A stretch of 64,000 bases of DNA, taken from contig NW_027271668.1 of NCBI RefSeq assembly GCF_040938485.1, positions 62,001 to 126,000 on the forward strand, given 5' to 3'. Every line of letters starts with the position of its first letter. Position 1 is the first letter of the stretch. Both the position numbers and the translations under genes were made by a program. Source of the stretch: Diadema antillarum (lineage: Eukaryota). The notes under the pieces are model-generated. The model had not been told where the DNA came from. It saw only the letters and a program-made list of their open reading frames with translations, and did not search any database. Positions 50,056-60,470 of this stretch are shown piece after piece.

Positions 50056-50734
50056 TGAACACTGTTGAATACTGTAATTACTATATTTTTTCACGCTTAA
50101 ACCTGACATTAAGATGTCACAACACAAACAAATCGACGCAAACGCACACGCATACACACACACACACATCCAAACCTCTACTTTAATGACTTACCCTCCC
50201 CTTCCCGCACATGCCAAACTCTTTTTGTTTTAAGTAATTAAAGATCCCATATTTCTTCCAGAGTGGTAAAGTTTTCTAGCTCTGACTATTGTAAAAACCC
50301 CATGCAAACCCATACGACATAACAAAAACATCAGAAAAAATCTATACCACTCATTGATTTTGATAAGTTTGTTTTATGCAGAGTCACGATGTTAAAACCT
50401 ACTTTGTTATTTTCTCAATATGTATATTCTTTGTTGGAATTACCTCATGAGGACAAGAGGGATGGTTGAGCATTACTAGCGGTTTCCATCCCATCCAGAA
50501 CACCAGAAGTCTCCGGTACTTGGTCACTGCTTCTTGCTCCCACTTAAAACCCGGCTCCATAAACCCTGGATCGAAGATGTTGCCATAGAGCCAGTGAGGC
50601 TTGGGCCCGGGAAGATGTCGTCGGATATACACTAGACGACGAAAAGTAGCGACCAGTGACAAGAGAAACTGGACAATCTTGAAACCAAAGAAGGATAAAA
50701 CAACAGTTCCCAAAATGGTTGTAGTGAGCGACAT
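40914..50734 (-). CDS. Cytochrome P450, CYP4 clan, copy D (7 exons; exon 1 shortened; predicted 484 aa)
   Basis: Exons 50734-50444 (predicted new donor GAG|GTAATT, phase 0), 49283-49143, 46056-45863, 44585-44441, 43056-42964, 42246-42095, 41352-40914. Exons 2-7 are intact (VNTFIFAGTDTT, ESMR, PERF, PFSAGARNCIG). An extra in-frame ATG lies 11 codons upstream (50767). Functional status is uncertain because helix B is missing. Confidence 0.8.
43320..44310. mobile_element. Foldback element of intron 4 (copy D ortholog of 10515-10960), split by an insertion
   Basis: Left arm about 43320-43505 (cccacgaactcg / cacgagctcgagacttggcaa) and right arm about 44080-44310 (cctagtgtcgtgctcgtggg). Confidence 0.6.
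43508..44079. mobile_element. Crypton-like non-autonomous element with a long terminal hairpin and (TTAGGG)4
   Basis: Inverted pair atatagattc.tct.atc.gattggttaaaa, a hairpin with arms of about 55 bp centred on cagcttcgcttcgg (about 43990), and four perfect TTAGGG at 43674-43697. Sits in the foldback spacer that is short in B. Confidence 0.55.
46376..47387. mobile_element. 1-kb near-perfect palindromic Kolobok-like element (intron 2 of D)
   Basis: TTAA|AGATAATAAAAAGTTTTGGTACCTC ... GAGGTACCAAAACTTTGTATTATCT|TTAA. Arms mirror for more than 400 bp around a loop of about 45 nt near 46800-46840. Confidence 0.85.
47169..47250. mobile_element. 82-bp mini-MITE inserted in one arm of the palindrome
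   Basis: catgcaataatggtttcgtac...gtacgaaaccattattgcatg, absent from the mirror arm. Confidence 0.7.
47415..47745. mobile_element. MITE with GGGAGTTTT(C/T)GC termini (Harbinger-like)
   Basis: gggagttttcgc / gcaaaaactccc ends with a GC-rich interior. Confidence 0.5.
48583..49130. mobile_element. Kolobok-like MITE inserted 12 nt into intron 2 of copy D
   Basis: Imperfect TIRs of about 70 bp, aggacaagttcaccttcatagacatgtggattgagtgaatgc / aggaactgtgcaccttcatacacataaggattgagagaatgc. Flanks TGAA / TTAA; the site is empty in B, C and E. Confidence 0.8.
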
Positions 50735-50908
50735 TATGGCGTCTACAGCGCTTACACAAGTGCTCATTTTGCTTGTTCAGCTGTGCGTGCAATATGTGTG
50801 TGTACACCGGTATGTGTAATTCTACTCTGTATGCTATTAAACGTTAATGTGCATGTTTATGTGTTTTCCCTTTCTAGCCCGCACCCTCTGAAGATGTTAA
50901 GGCATTGT

Positions 50909-50924
50909 TCAAGTTCAAAGTGCC
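50909..50924 (+). promoter_or_regulatory. Proximal DR1-like site upstream of copy D
   Basis: TCAAGTTCAAAGTGCC, identical to C and E. Confidence 0.5.
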
Positions 50925-51836
50925 TTTTCGTGTTTGGTTTAGCCCAAGCAGGAAGTATCCTTGTTGGCCTGGGAGTGTGGTATTCCGCTTAGAGGTCGTG
51001 CCCTGCATTTCGAAAAAAAAAAATCGCACATCAGCTACAAATATCAGCATGATTATGTTCGCTGTATATTTTTTTGACATGATCGAGTGTCATTCGAATG
51101 TTTAATCCCTGTTAAACATAACCAAAACAGCAAACATATCCACCTGTTCAACAAGAATATCTTGTTATATTTGTTATTATGTTTATGCACAAAGAAAAGC
51201 GAATTATATTACGATGTACAAATACAGACGTCTCTAGAATGCAGAACAGCATTGCAGACGGACATTTCATTTTTTTTCATAACTATCAATTGGGATGTCA
51301 TTGTATTAATTAGCTTTGACAGTTTTTATTAGCTTTAATTTGTCCGTAATTGACTGAAGAAAAAAAAATCTTATTTCATCCCTCAAGTAATGTGCAAAAT
51401 TCTGTCACAACAGCAACAGCGAAATGTTAACAGATTCCATTCGATGTCTCTTATGTTGTCATGAATTTCCACCAGGCCCCGTTAGAAGTGGAAAATGTCG
51501 GTAACATGAGTCTAGTTGATGCTTGACATCAACAGTATGCCCATGCAATTAACCATTTGGCAGAATTCAGTACGAGGTTCAGAGGTTACAAAGATACAAT
51601 GAAATATAAGAGGAAAATAAAGTCAAAGTGTCTTTATACTTTCTATATACGCAGAGTGTATAATCGCTACAATCTGCTGCGACAAAGAGGTTACATCGGA
51701 GGTCGCCTGCAGGAATTTATCTCAATTTGCAGCCGTTGGGGGAATCTTTCGAGACAGATTGAAGAGAGGGTGGGGGAGGAGTGTCAGGTATAGTCTTTAA
51801 ATCCTAGTCTTGTTCGTTTTCATGATAAAGTTTTAA

Positions 51837-52220
51837 AGGGATGATATAATATTGGTAGAGATGAGAATTGGGCTTTTAACTTTTGTGTGATACCAAGAAA
51901 CCACTTATGAAATAGTACATACCATACCATTCTTAGAGGAATTCAAGGTTTATTTGATGAAAATCTGTTTTGAAATGGCTGAGACATCAAAAAGCAAAGT
52001 AAAACAAAGCGATCGTAATAAAAGGTGCATGGGTCCCACCTTTTATAAGGATCTCTCTTTTTCGGATATCTCAGCAATTTCAAAACCAATTTTCATCAAA
52101 TAAACATTGAATTCCTCTTGGAGTTATATGTTCTTTCATATTTCATAAAAGATTTCTCATTATCTCACCAAAAATGGTAGAAACCTCAAGTTAGGTCTCA
52201 ACCAAAACTATACTATCCCT
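51837..52220. mobile_element. Kolobok-like MITE in the upstream region of copy D
   Basis: TTAA|AGGGATGATATAATATTGG ... CCAAAACTATACTATCCCT|TTAA with internal palindromy. The homologous site upstream of C (about 32690-32720) is empty. Confidence 0.8.
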
Positions 52221-52284
52221 TTAAGTCCTAAACGCCCTGCCAGCTGAAGAGACGATTCATCCCATGAGATGATGGGAATTTGCG

Positions 52285-52297
52285 AGGTCAAAGTTCA
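52285..52297 (+). promoter_or_regulatory. Distal DR1 upstream of copy D
   Basis: AGGTCA-a-AGTTCA in a context identical to C (gcgaggtcaaagttcaggttgagggttcaac). Confidence 0.6.
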
Positions 52298-52334
52298 GGT
52301 TGAGGGTTCAACCGACTAACAATTTCTGTGTGCA

Positions 52335-52379
<45 letters not shown>

Positions 52380-52766
52380 GTTGTTATGGGATCAAAACAT
52401 AATACCATCGTCACATGCAGATATGGGCAGATAACTGGTTTATAACTGACTGGCGTTTTTTCTTCCCCATCGCATCCATTGTTTACACCATCATAACCTT
52501 CCCCATCCCCTAAAAAAAAAAAAGGAAGAAAAAAAGTTATTTAGAAATGCTATTGTGCAAATGAATGGACGTTTACTTGTATTACGGTAAAATGTTCTGG
52601 ACTGGCAACAACAAAGTAGGACAAAGTGACGACAAAATAACTTGGTAGTCTTGCTTGCTTGACACTGTCACCAAACTGTATACATGTATATACATAATGT
52701 GTATATGTGTGTGTTTGTATTACATACATAATCATATACATACACAATCACGCAATATATGTATGT

Positions 52767-52772
<6 letters not shown>

Positions 52773-52832
<60 letters not shown>
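52773..52832. repeat. (TA)n microsatellite
   Basis: Direct reading. Similar tracts at about 5198, 13868, 33187, 53875 and 54057. Confidence 0.9.
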
Positions 52833-52835
<3 letters not shown>

Positions 52836-52911
52836 TAACTATATTTTATACTATATATACTAACTACGAGCGCAAAAATGCGTTCCCCTAACCACGACAA
52901 AACTTCGATGC

Positions 52912-53731
52912 CGTTCACACCTACATGCAGTTAGCAAAACCTCGAGGTAAAGCTAACTACGATAGAAAATAAAGGGCGCCTAGTTTGCACATAGGGTTGC
53001 GCACTATTGTGCAAAAAACTGAGCGTCGTGGTTAACAAAACTCCGTTCACATCTGTCATAGGGTGCGTTTATAAGATTTTGCGGGCCTAGAATCACTGTT
53101 TAGAAACACTGTTTTGAATCACTGTTTCAAATCACACTTTCGTCAGGAGAGCGTTTACAAGATTTTTCTCCGAGCGTGTTGGGGCACTCGCTCAGACTGT
53201 GCCATTGCGCAACTCACTCTGCGCAGTTTTTCCTCGGCAAAAGGTCAAACAGGGTGCGCGCAAGGCATTGTGACGTCACATAAACAGTGTTTGCGATCGC
53301 GGTTGCGTTTATAAGATTTTTGAAACACTGTTTCTACAGAAACACTGTTTGTAAACGCACTATTTTGTGCGTTTACAAACAGTGTTTCAAAACACTGTTT
53401 CAAATCACGGCGAGCGTTTATAAGAATTTTTTTCGAGCTAGAATCACCGTTTGGCCAGAAACAGTGTTTCAAAACACTGTTTCTGGCCAAAAGAAAAATC
53501 TTATAAACGCACCCATAGTTTAAGCGCGCTGCCACAGCGCGCTTAAACTACGCGCTTAAACCACGACAACACCCTAAGAAATCTTGTGGTGTTGTCGTGG
53601 TGTCTTCGCCTTAAGGTTTTGTCGTGGTTTTCAAAACTACATGCGTCTACATCTACGCTAACTTGGAGTTTAGTTTACAAAACCTCGAGGTTTAGAAAAC
53701 CTTAAGGTAAAGGGGCCTAGGTGTGAACCTC
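52912..53731. mobile_element. Harbinger-like element (host of 53061-53514)
   Basis: gttcacaccta / taggtgtgaac ends, with repeated aaaacctcgaggt and accacgac motifs. Confidence 0.45.
53061..53514. mobile_element. Nested Harbinger-like MITE
   Basis: 20-bp TIR GGGTGCGTTTATAAGATTTT, 3-bp duplication ATA, and aaacactgttt subrepeats. Confidence 0.75.
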
Positions 53732-53873
53732 ACTAATAGTGCAACATCAGTATGTCTTCCACATTGACCTGAATATTTCACCAGTGGTGGCTCTTTACAC
53801 ATCTTTTAAATTTTAACGTTCAACATTATCAATGTATTATGCATCTTTTTGAAAATAGCTGCTGTTTATAATG

Positions 53874-53917
<44 letters not shown>

Positions 53918-53920
<3 letters not shown>

Positions 53921-54009
53921 AAGAAGGAATCTCGAGTACGCCATTTGTAGTTCCAATAAAAACCGTGTTGGATCTACAAATGGCGTATTCCAGACTCCTT
54001 CTTCTTCTT
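53918..54009. other. 92-nt hairpin embedded between (TA)n tracts
   Basis: Stem of about 38 positions (3 mismatches, 1 G-U) with an 11-nt loop: agaagaaggaatctcgagtacgccatttgtagttccaa / ttggatctacaaatggcgtattccagactccttcttct. Confidence 0.75.
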
Positions 54010-54054
54010 ATAATAACATTCGAAGTTCAACACGTGGGATATTCGAAGATGAAC

Positions 54055-54097
<43 letters not shown>

Positions 54098-55071
54098 TTC
54101 AGATTATATTTAGTAAATATTACGTTTCAAATGAGTCTGACCCATGTCTTACAAGCTTTGCTTTTTCAGTACGCTACTTTTTTTTTCCATTTCAATATTC
54201 ACTTTTCTCTCCATCTTCCAAGTGTACACTGATATTTTTTTGTCATTTAATGAAAGTGTATGCTGTATAGTTCTGTATACTTCATAATACTTATATCATG
54301 TGTTTTCTATTAAATAATGAAATAATTCTTGTGTAATTTATACTGTTACGGGTTTTTCTTGACAAGTGGAAATAAATGTCAATCTCAATTGAATTGTGTA
54401 GACCTACCCACATGATCTGTGAGAAGGCTTTCTCATTTGAGTGAAAAGAAATGGACAACACATATCTATTTATTGAAGGAAATCAATTCCAAGAAAGGGA
54501 TTGGCTTCAGTACGAACTCAATTACCCTGCATCAAGCATGTAAAGAGGATTAAGAAATAGTGGGGTTTTTTTCCTTTCTACATGGACCCGTTATAATATA
54601 ATAACATTGACAACAAATTCTATATCATAAAGGATGAGTTTTCTTTGTCTGCTCTCTTTACCAATGAAATCTGTAAGACCGCAATTAATAAACGTGTCGG
54701 AAAAAAGTAACCTGTTGAAATCAAAACTGTCATCTACTGCTTTCCGGGCGGCGACCTTACCATCACCATGCTGTCCCTGGTTGCCGGCAGTGACACGATC
54801 TAACTTGGAACAAATACTCAAGCTTCAAATTTCCGGCATTGTTATGTTTAGTAGTCCAAGGTCGACAAGGCATCTTTATTACAAAAGCATTGATTCCTTA
54901 CAATTGCGTTCAAATTGTCATTCCTACACATCCGAAGTAAGGGGAGAGTTTGTAGACTATTAAACACAGTGACCTTATTGTAGAACAGATTGGTGATTTA
55001 AATTTTGATCGGTATTACTGATATAATCGTTAATTGCCTGTCTCTACGCCCTGTATCTTTGATTGTCCAAT

Positions 55072-55077
55072 TTTATT
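55072..55077 (-). terminator. Candidate polyadenylation signal of copy E
   Basis: AATAAA on the minus strand about 85 nt after the stop codon. Confidence 0.35.
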
Positions 55078-55159
55078 CAAAATCGTCTTGACGTCAAGCT
55101 TGCTGTTATTCTGTTAAAATCTGTATAATGCGGGCTCTGACGCGTGACGTGAGCACGGT

Positions 55160-58100
55160 CTAACGGTGACTAAACTTGAGAAGGATTTCGTTCTCTGGCT
55201 TGGTTACAGCCTGAAAGACGGGGCGGGCTCCTTTCACTAGGCTGACGCTGAACCTGCGGAAGATTCGTGCCGCAGCGCTCCGCAATTCGTCCATGGCGAA
55301 TTGCTGCCCGATGCAGTTGCGAGCTCCGGCCGAGAAGGGGACAAAAGCGAAGGGGTCTCTCTTCTCGACGTTGGCCCTCTCAAATCGTTCAGGTTTGAAG
55401 TCCATGTGGTCGTCTCCCCACACGTCCGGGTTGTGGTGGACCTGGTAGAGGTTCACCATCACGTTGGTTCCCGCGGGAATGGTGAATCCGTTCACCTTCA
55501 GCGGTTCCCTCAGCACGCGAGATGGCGGGATGTTTAGGTACAAGCGCACCGATTCCCTGAGACACTGCGTGGTGTAAGTTAGTTTTTTTAGATCTTCGCT
55601 GGGAACGAAAACAAAACATGATTCCCATAAATGACGGTATATGATTATCTCATTCACTCTAGTACAAAGTAATACCGATCTGTAATGATAATTCATATCA
55701 CTGGAATTCCGGATGGGTCTTCCTTTCCTACTATTGCATTTCGGGAAGCAGTAGGCCAGCACGACTGGTATAAAATCCGGACCGTTTTACGTATAACATC
55801 TATACCATGCATTGCCATGTATACGTTGATAAGTGTACTGCCAAGAACTGTATAGAGTCTTTGTGATAATGACCCTCATCATAATGTGTTTGGGTAGCAT
55901 CCATTGTTTGCCATTGAGAAGACTGGATGTAGATAGAGCTAGAGAGGATCAGCCAAGATAAGCTATTCATAAAGAACTCACAGTATCCTCTTTGTTCATC
56001 AAAATAGTATGACGATGGACTAGTCGAACATAATCTTACTATCGAACACTGTCGTCATCTCGTCCTGCGAACAGTGTGTCCACCTCATCTTGAACTCGAG
56101 CCTGTTCCTCGGGATGCTGGGCTATGATGTACAGAAACCAAGTGAGGGCACTTCCGGTGGTGTCCGTGCCGGCGAAAATGAACGTGTTTACCTGTCATGA
56201 TATCAGAACGGAAAGCAGACCATGGCTAATAAATGATAAATCTATCACTTGTATGCTTATCAATCGTGTCAATATACACTGTAAAATCTGCAACTGTATA
56301 ACGCAGAATCACGATTAGCACCTAAGACTCATAGCGCAGGCATAGTAACTGTGAAGGCACATATTTTTCATCTCTATCACGAACTATATTACCGAGCTAT
56401 CTTTTACAAATTAGCATGTCTGCTATTCCTAAGAGTAATGCTCTGTTACCGAAGTCTTAATTAGGTGTTGGGTTTGCAAGCTTGAATTTTCAGGTGATTT
56501 TCTTTGTTCCGAAAGTTACGTTTATTCCGAAGGTTCGGTATTCCGAAACACACAAATTCCATGTACATACATGTTGTAGATGCTCGTTATTCAAAGAAAA
56601 AAGAAATGAAATGGGGATCATTAATCCACACATTAGTGGCGTTGTTCCGGAGGTTACAATCTGTTATTTCGAAAATACGTTAATCAAAAAATTAAATCAG
56701 GTCCGTTATTCCGAAGGTTTATTAATCTGAAAATGGAAAAAAAAAAGGTTCGTACAAGAATCTTTGCTATTACAAACTTTATTTCGAGTTTGGATCAACA
56801 AACTTTCGGAATAACATACCTTCCGAATAACAAAGTGTAACCCTATTTTTATCATCAAATACGAATTCAATTTGAATATCTAGTGAATTAAAAGCCAACA
56901 AAGAAACAAATAGCACAACAAAAGTGCTAGAAAGTACCTCATCACGTATTTCCTTCTCACTTAGTCCGTTGCCATCCGAATCTTTTGCTAGCAGCAATGT
57001 GTCCAGAAAATCCATCGCTTTCTTCTCCGGCTTCATAAACAGAGATAAACGATAAACATCATACAATGGACAATATTTGTGGCTATCATTTTATCAGCTT
57101 ACAACTAGAAACGGCAAACTTAAATGGTGCATTGTATACATTCAATGAAAGTGGCCATCAGTATGCGTTTGTATTTTCTGTTTGGATTCCTAGGATCAGC
57201 GTAAAACTCGTAAAACTCGTCTCTGTTGATCGGTTCTTTTCCCTAGGTCGTCAATCTAACGTGGGCCTTTGATAAGACCTTGAGCAAAATGTAAGATTAT
57301 GAAATAAGGGAGCGCAAAACGGGGTGAACAGCCCCAAGGACCTCCCCCCCCCCCCCCCACACACACACAGACACATTTGGCATTTAGAAAAAAAAAAGTC
57401 AAAATAATACCAAAAATCACAATAAAACCAGTGACTTCCCGAGGGTTCTGTCTGGGGGCCCCTATTCGTTAAGGGGGGGGGGGAGAGGGGGTGTCACCCC
57501 ACGATCTCTACACCCACGAGTCGTACAGTCCACGAGCTTGACATTGCAAAAAGGGTGTCGCATACACCCTGTAAATCATATAGCCTACAACCTCGACACT
57601 CTTCAAAAAGAAAAAAAAAGGGCCACAATCTCGACACTTTATAGGCAAATAAGCCCTCGAACATGACAGTATAAGGAAAATAATACATTCATGATCCCTC
57701 AGGTTACCTCTTTTTCGGTGGCGTATCTACGTCGGCGCCCAGCGACGATCTTATCATGTATGCCATGCATGTAAGAACAACTTTCTTCCCATTCTCTGTA
57801 TTTGGAGGACAGCCGGAAGATAAAGTCGTAGACCATCAAAGGATGGAGCATTCTGTTGAGGAAAATTTCAGGTGATTAAAAAAAAAAAGAGTGGGCGTAA
57901 TCGTTCCTGAAATTTTTTTACTTTAGATACTGTATTGATTTTTCTTTTTTTCTCTCTCTTTTTTTACGGAAGTTTCCTTCACATCCTTGTGGATTATTGA
58001 GCTGGTGTGATAATTGGGATCGACAGCCTGTGAGATTGGGAGAAACAATGTAAAATTACGAGTCCAGTGTTGCTATGTAACTCGGTTAATTTCTTCACTT

Positions 58101-60437
58101 CCGCCCCCAAGGCTTACTTCGTTCCATCTGACGACCGCGTTCGGTGCGGTTGGTCGCGTTACACAACCTTTCGTAGATTATATTTGCCCTAATATTCGAA
58201 CATTAAGTTGTGATCAATAACAATCCCGGTTTTTTTTTTCTTCCTCAGCACAACATCATTCCATAATATAGCAAATGCCGAGACTATGCGGGTTTTAGAA
58301 TAATGTCGAATCACCTGTATGTGCATATATTCGTTAGTTTCTCCAAGACCTCTACTTCACGTGCCTCCGTTTCCTGGCAATTTGATTGGTGGGAGAATGC
58401 GCAGCGGAGTATGACGTCAAGTGAAAGTAGTGACATGGTTTCATGTGTTTTGACCGATTCCCCTTCGTCTGCAGCGACGTGAAGTTTGTCAATCAGGACA
58501 TCCAATGCCTAGATTAAAGGTTTAATTCAGACAGAGACAGTTGTGAACAAGGAACACAAATTTTCTTTATTTGTAGTAGGGAATGGGGTTAAAAAATGAA
58601 TAAACAAAAACTTAGTCACCGAAAAACCATAAACACAAACAAGCAAGCCAATCAATGAACCGAATATTATAACAAGAGATACCAATTAGTCACAGAGGCA
58701 CATTGTCAGAATTCTAAAAAGGATTCAAAGGATGAAATGAATAAGTTCCAGAGAAACCGCATGCAGGGAAATTTAGTCTTATGCTATCGGCAGCTTTGTT
58801 TTGATTATTCAAGAATAGCAAATGAAAACAAAAAACAACAACACACCACATACATTCGGCAATATGTGCAATAATAAGTAGACCTAAGTCAAATTAGGCT
58901 CATCTAATGACAAAACATGTCCATGTATGTACACTGAATTTTCTGCATTCATAAAGTAGAAGTCTTAAATGATATTTCTTTTAAAGTGTGCTAAACTATA
59001 AGTTTCATCACTAATCCAGTCATATTTAAGTAGGAATTATCATTTTAAGAAAGGATTTTGAAGTTAAATGAAACTGCGTTAACACTCGGCAACTTTTTTG
59101 ACATCAGCATTTGCGATGATCATAATTGTGTTTCATTGATTTATCGAAAGAAGTTCATGTAATAGAGCTTTGAATTCTTCAGAAATACTCAGTGGGTGAA
59201 TTCCATTTTTCTTGGCCAATAGATTTCTTTAATGTATTTAAGTATACAGATGTCCTTTCTGAATGTGAGAATCTTTATGATCTAAATCACAATCCAAATC
59301 TGTAGAATTAAAGAAAATTCATACATAAAAGGCATGGAATTGAAGATCTTTCAACACTTTATGGTAATATTGTCTTCTTCTTATTATTATTATTATTATT
59401 ATTATAATTATTATCATTATTATTATTATCATTATCACTATCATTACATGTAGTTCTTCGAGAATGAAATAGAAGCAAACACGCACAAAAAAAAAACACA
59501 TCAGTGGTATGAATATCATATGAACACAGAATCCATGAGATATCAGGCTTATAAAATGTATTCTTCAAATCAGATAAAGTTTCAAAACTTAGTTACTCAT
59601 ACTATGTAAACAGCCATAAAACAATAGTTGCAGTAACCAGGTCATCAAATAAACTACGAAACTAACTTATCATTGAGTCTTTCGTTTTCCTTTGAATCAC
59701 AGAAGGCCGATTGAAAATAGAATTCGTAGTTTTCAATTTAAGTTCTTTCACTCACACACACACACACACACACACAAAATCGCCGCCATGACTTATCTTT
59801 GTAAAATTGCAATAACTTCAGTGAATCGTATCGGCAAAAGTTTTTTTTTTTTTCTTGGGGGGGGGGGGGAGGGGGAATCTCGACAGGAACTCAATATTTC
59901 TGTGCTCAAAGACAAGATATTCACGGTTCTAAATAATTGTTTTAGATGAGGAAGTAATCATACTTTGGAACTTACATTTCATAACTACATACATTATTTT
60001 TTCATTTCATATTTTCACGTAATGTCAAGGATATCATGCGTACTTTAAAGTCATTCTTTTTCGACGAAGCATGTGGAACAAAGAAAACATGTCACAGCTT
60101 TGAAAATAATGAAGCGCCTGTAGAATTTCACGAGAACAAATGACAATCTCTGCAATTCTATGCTTAATGCTAAATCAAGTTTTTACATGTTGTACTTCAA
60201 CTGGGGGATGACGCATGCAACGTGTTTATTGTGGAAATAAACTTTGAATGAAAAATAAATGGTTGAGCAGCTTGCTGGAGTCCACTCACCTCGTTCATGA
60301 CCACCAGGTATTGTTTCAAGACCTGAAAGTGAAATGATGGCGTAATAAGAGAGCGATGGCGCTTCCAAATATCGCCATCTATTATAGCCAGTCCCTCGGT
60401 CCAATCCTTGAAAACCTGATATCCGTCAGTCTGATGC

Positions 60438-60470
<33 letters not shown>

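Noticed and set aside
40914-50734. Calling copy D an outright pseudogene
   Set aside because: An in-frame consensus donor exists and exons 2-7 are undamaged, so the status is unresolved without transcripts or protein data.
55599-55762. N-terminal extensions of the ORF-track hits for P450 exons (for example MLAYCFPK..., MMGIPLVF..., MKSCLDTL...)
   Set aside because: These are intron read-through upstream of AG acceptors. Exon boundaries are fixed by identical lengths across paralogs.
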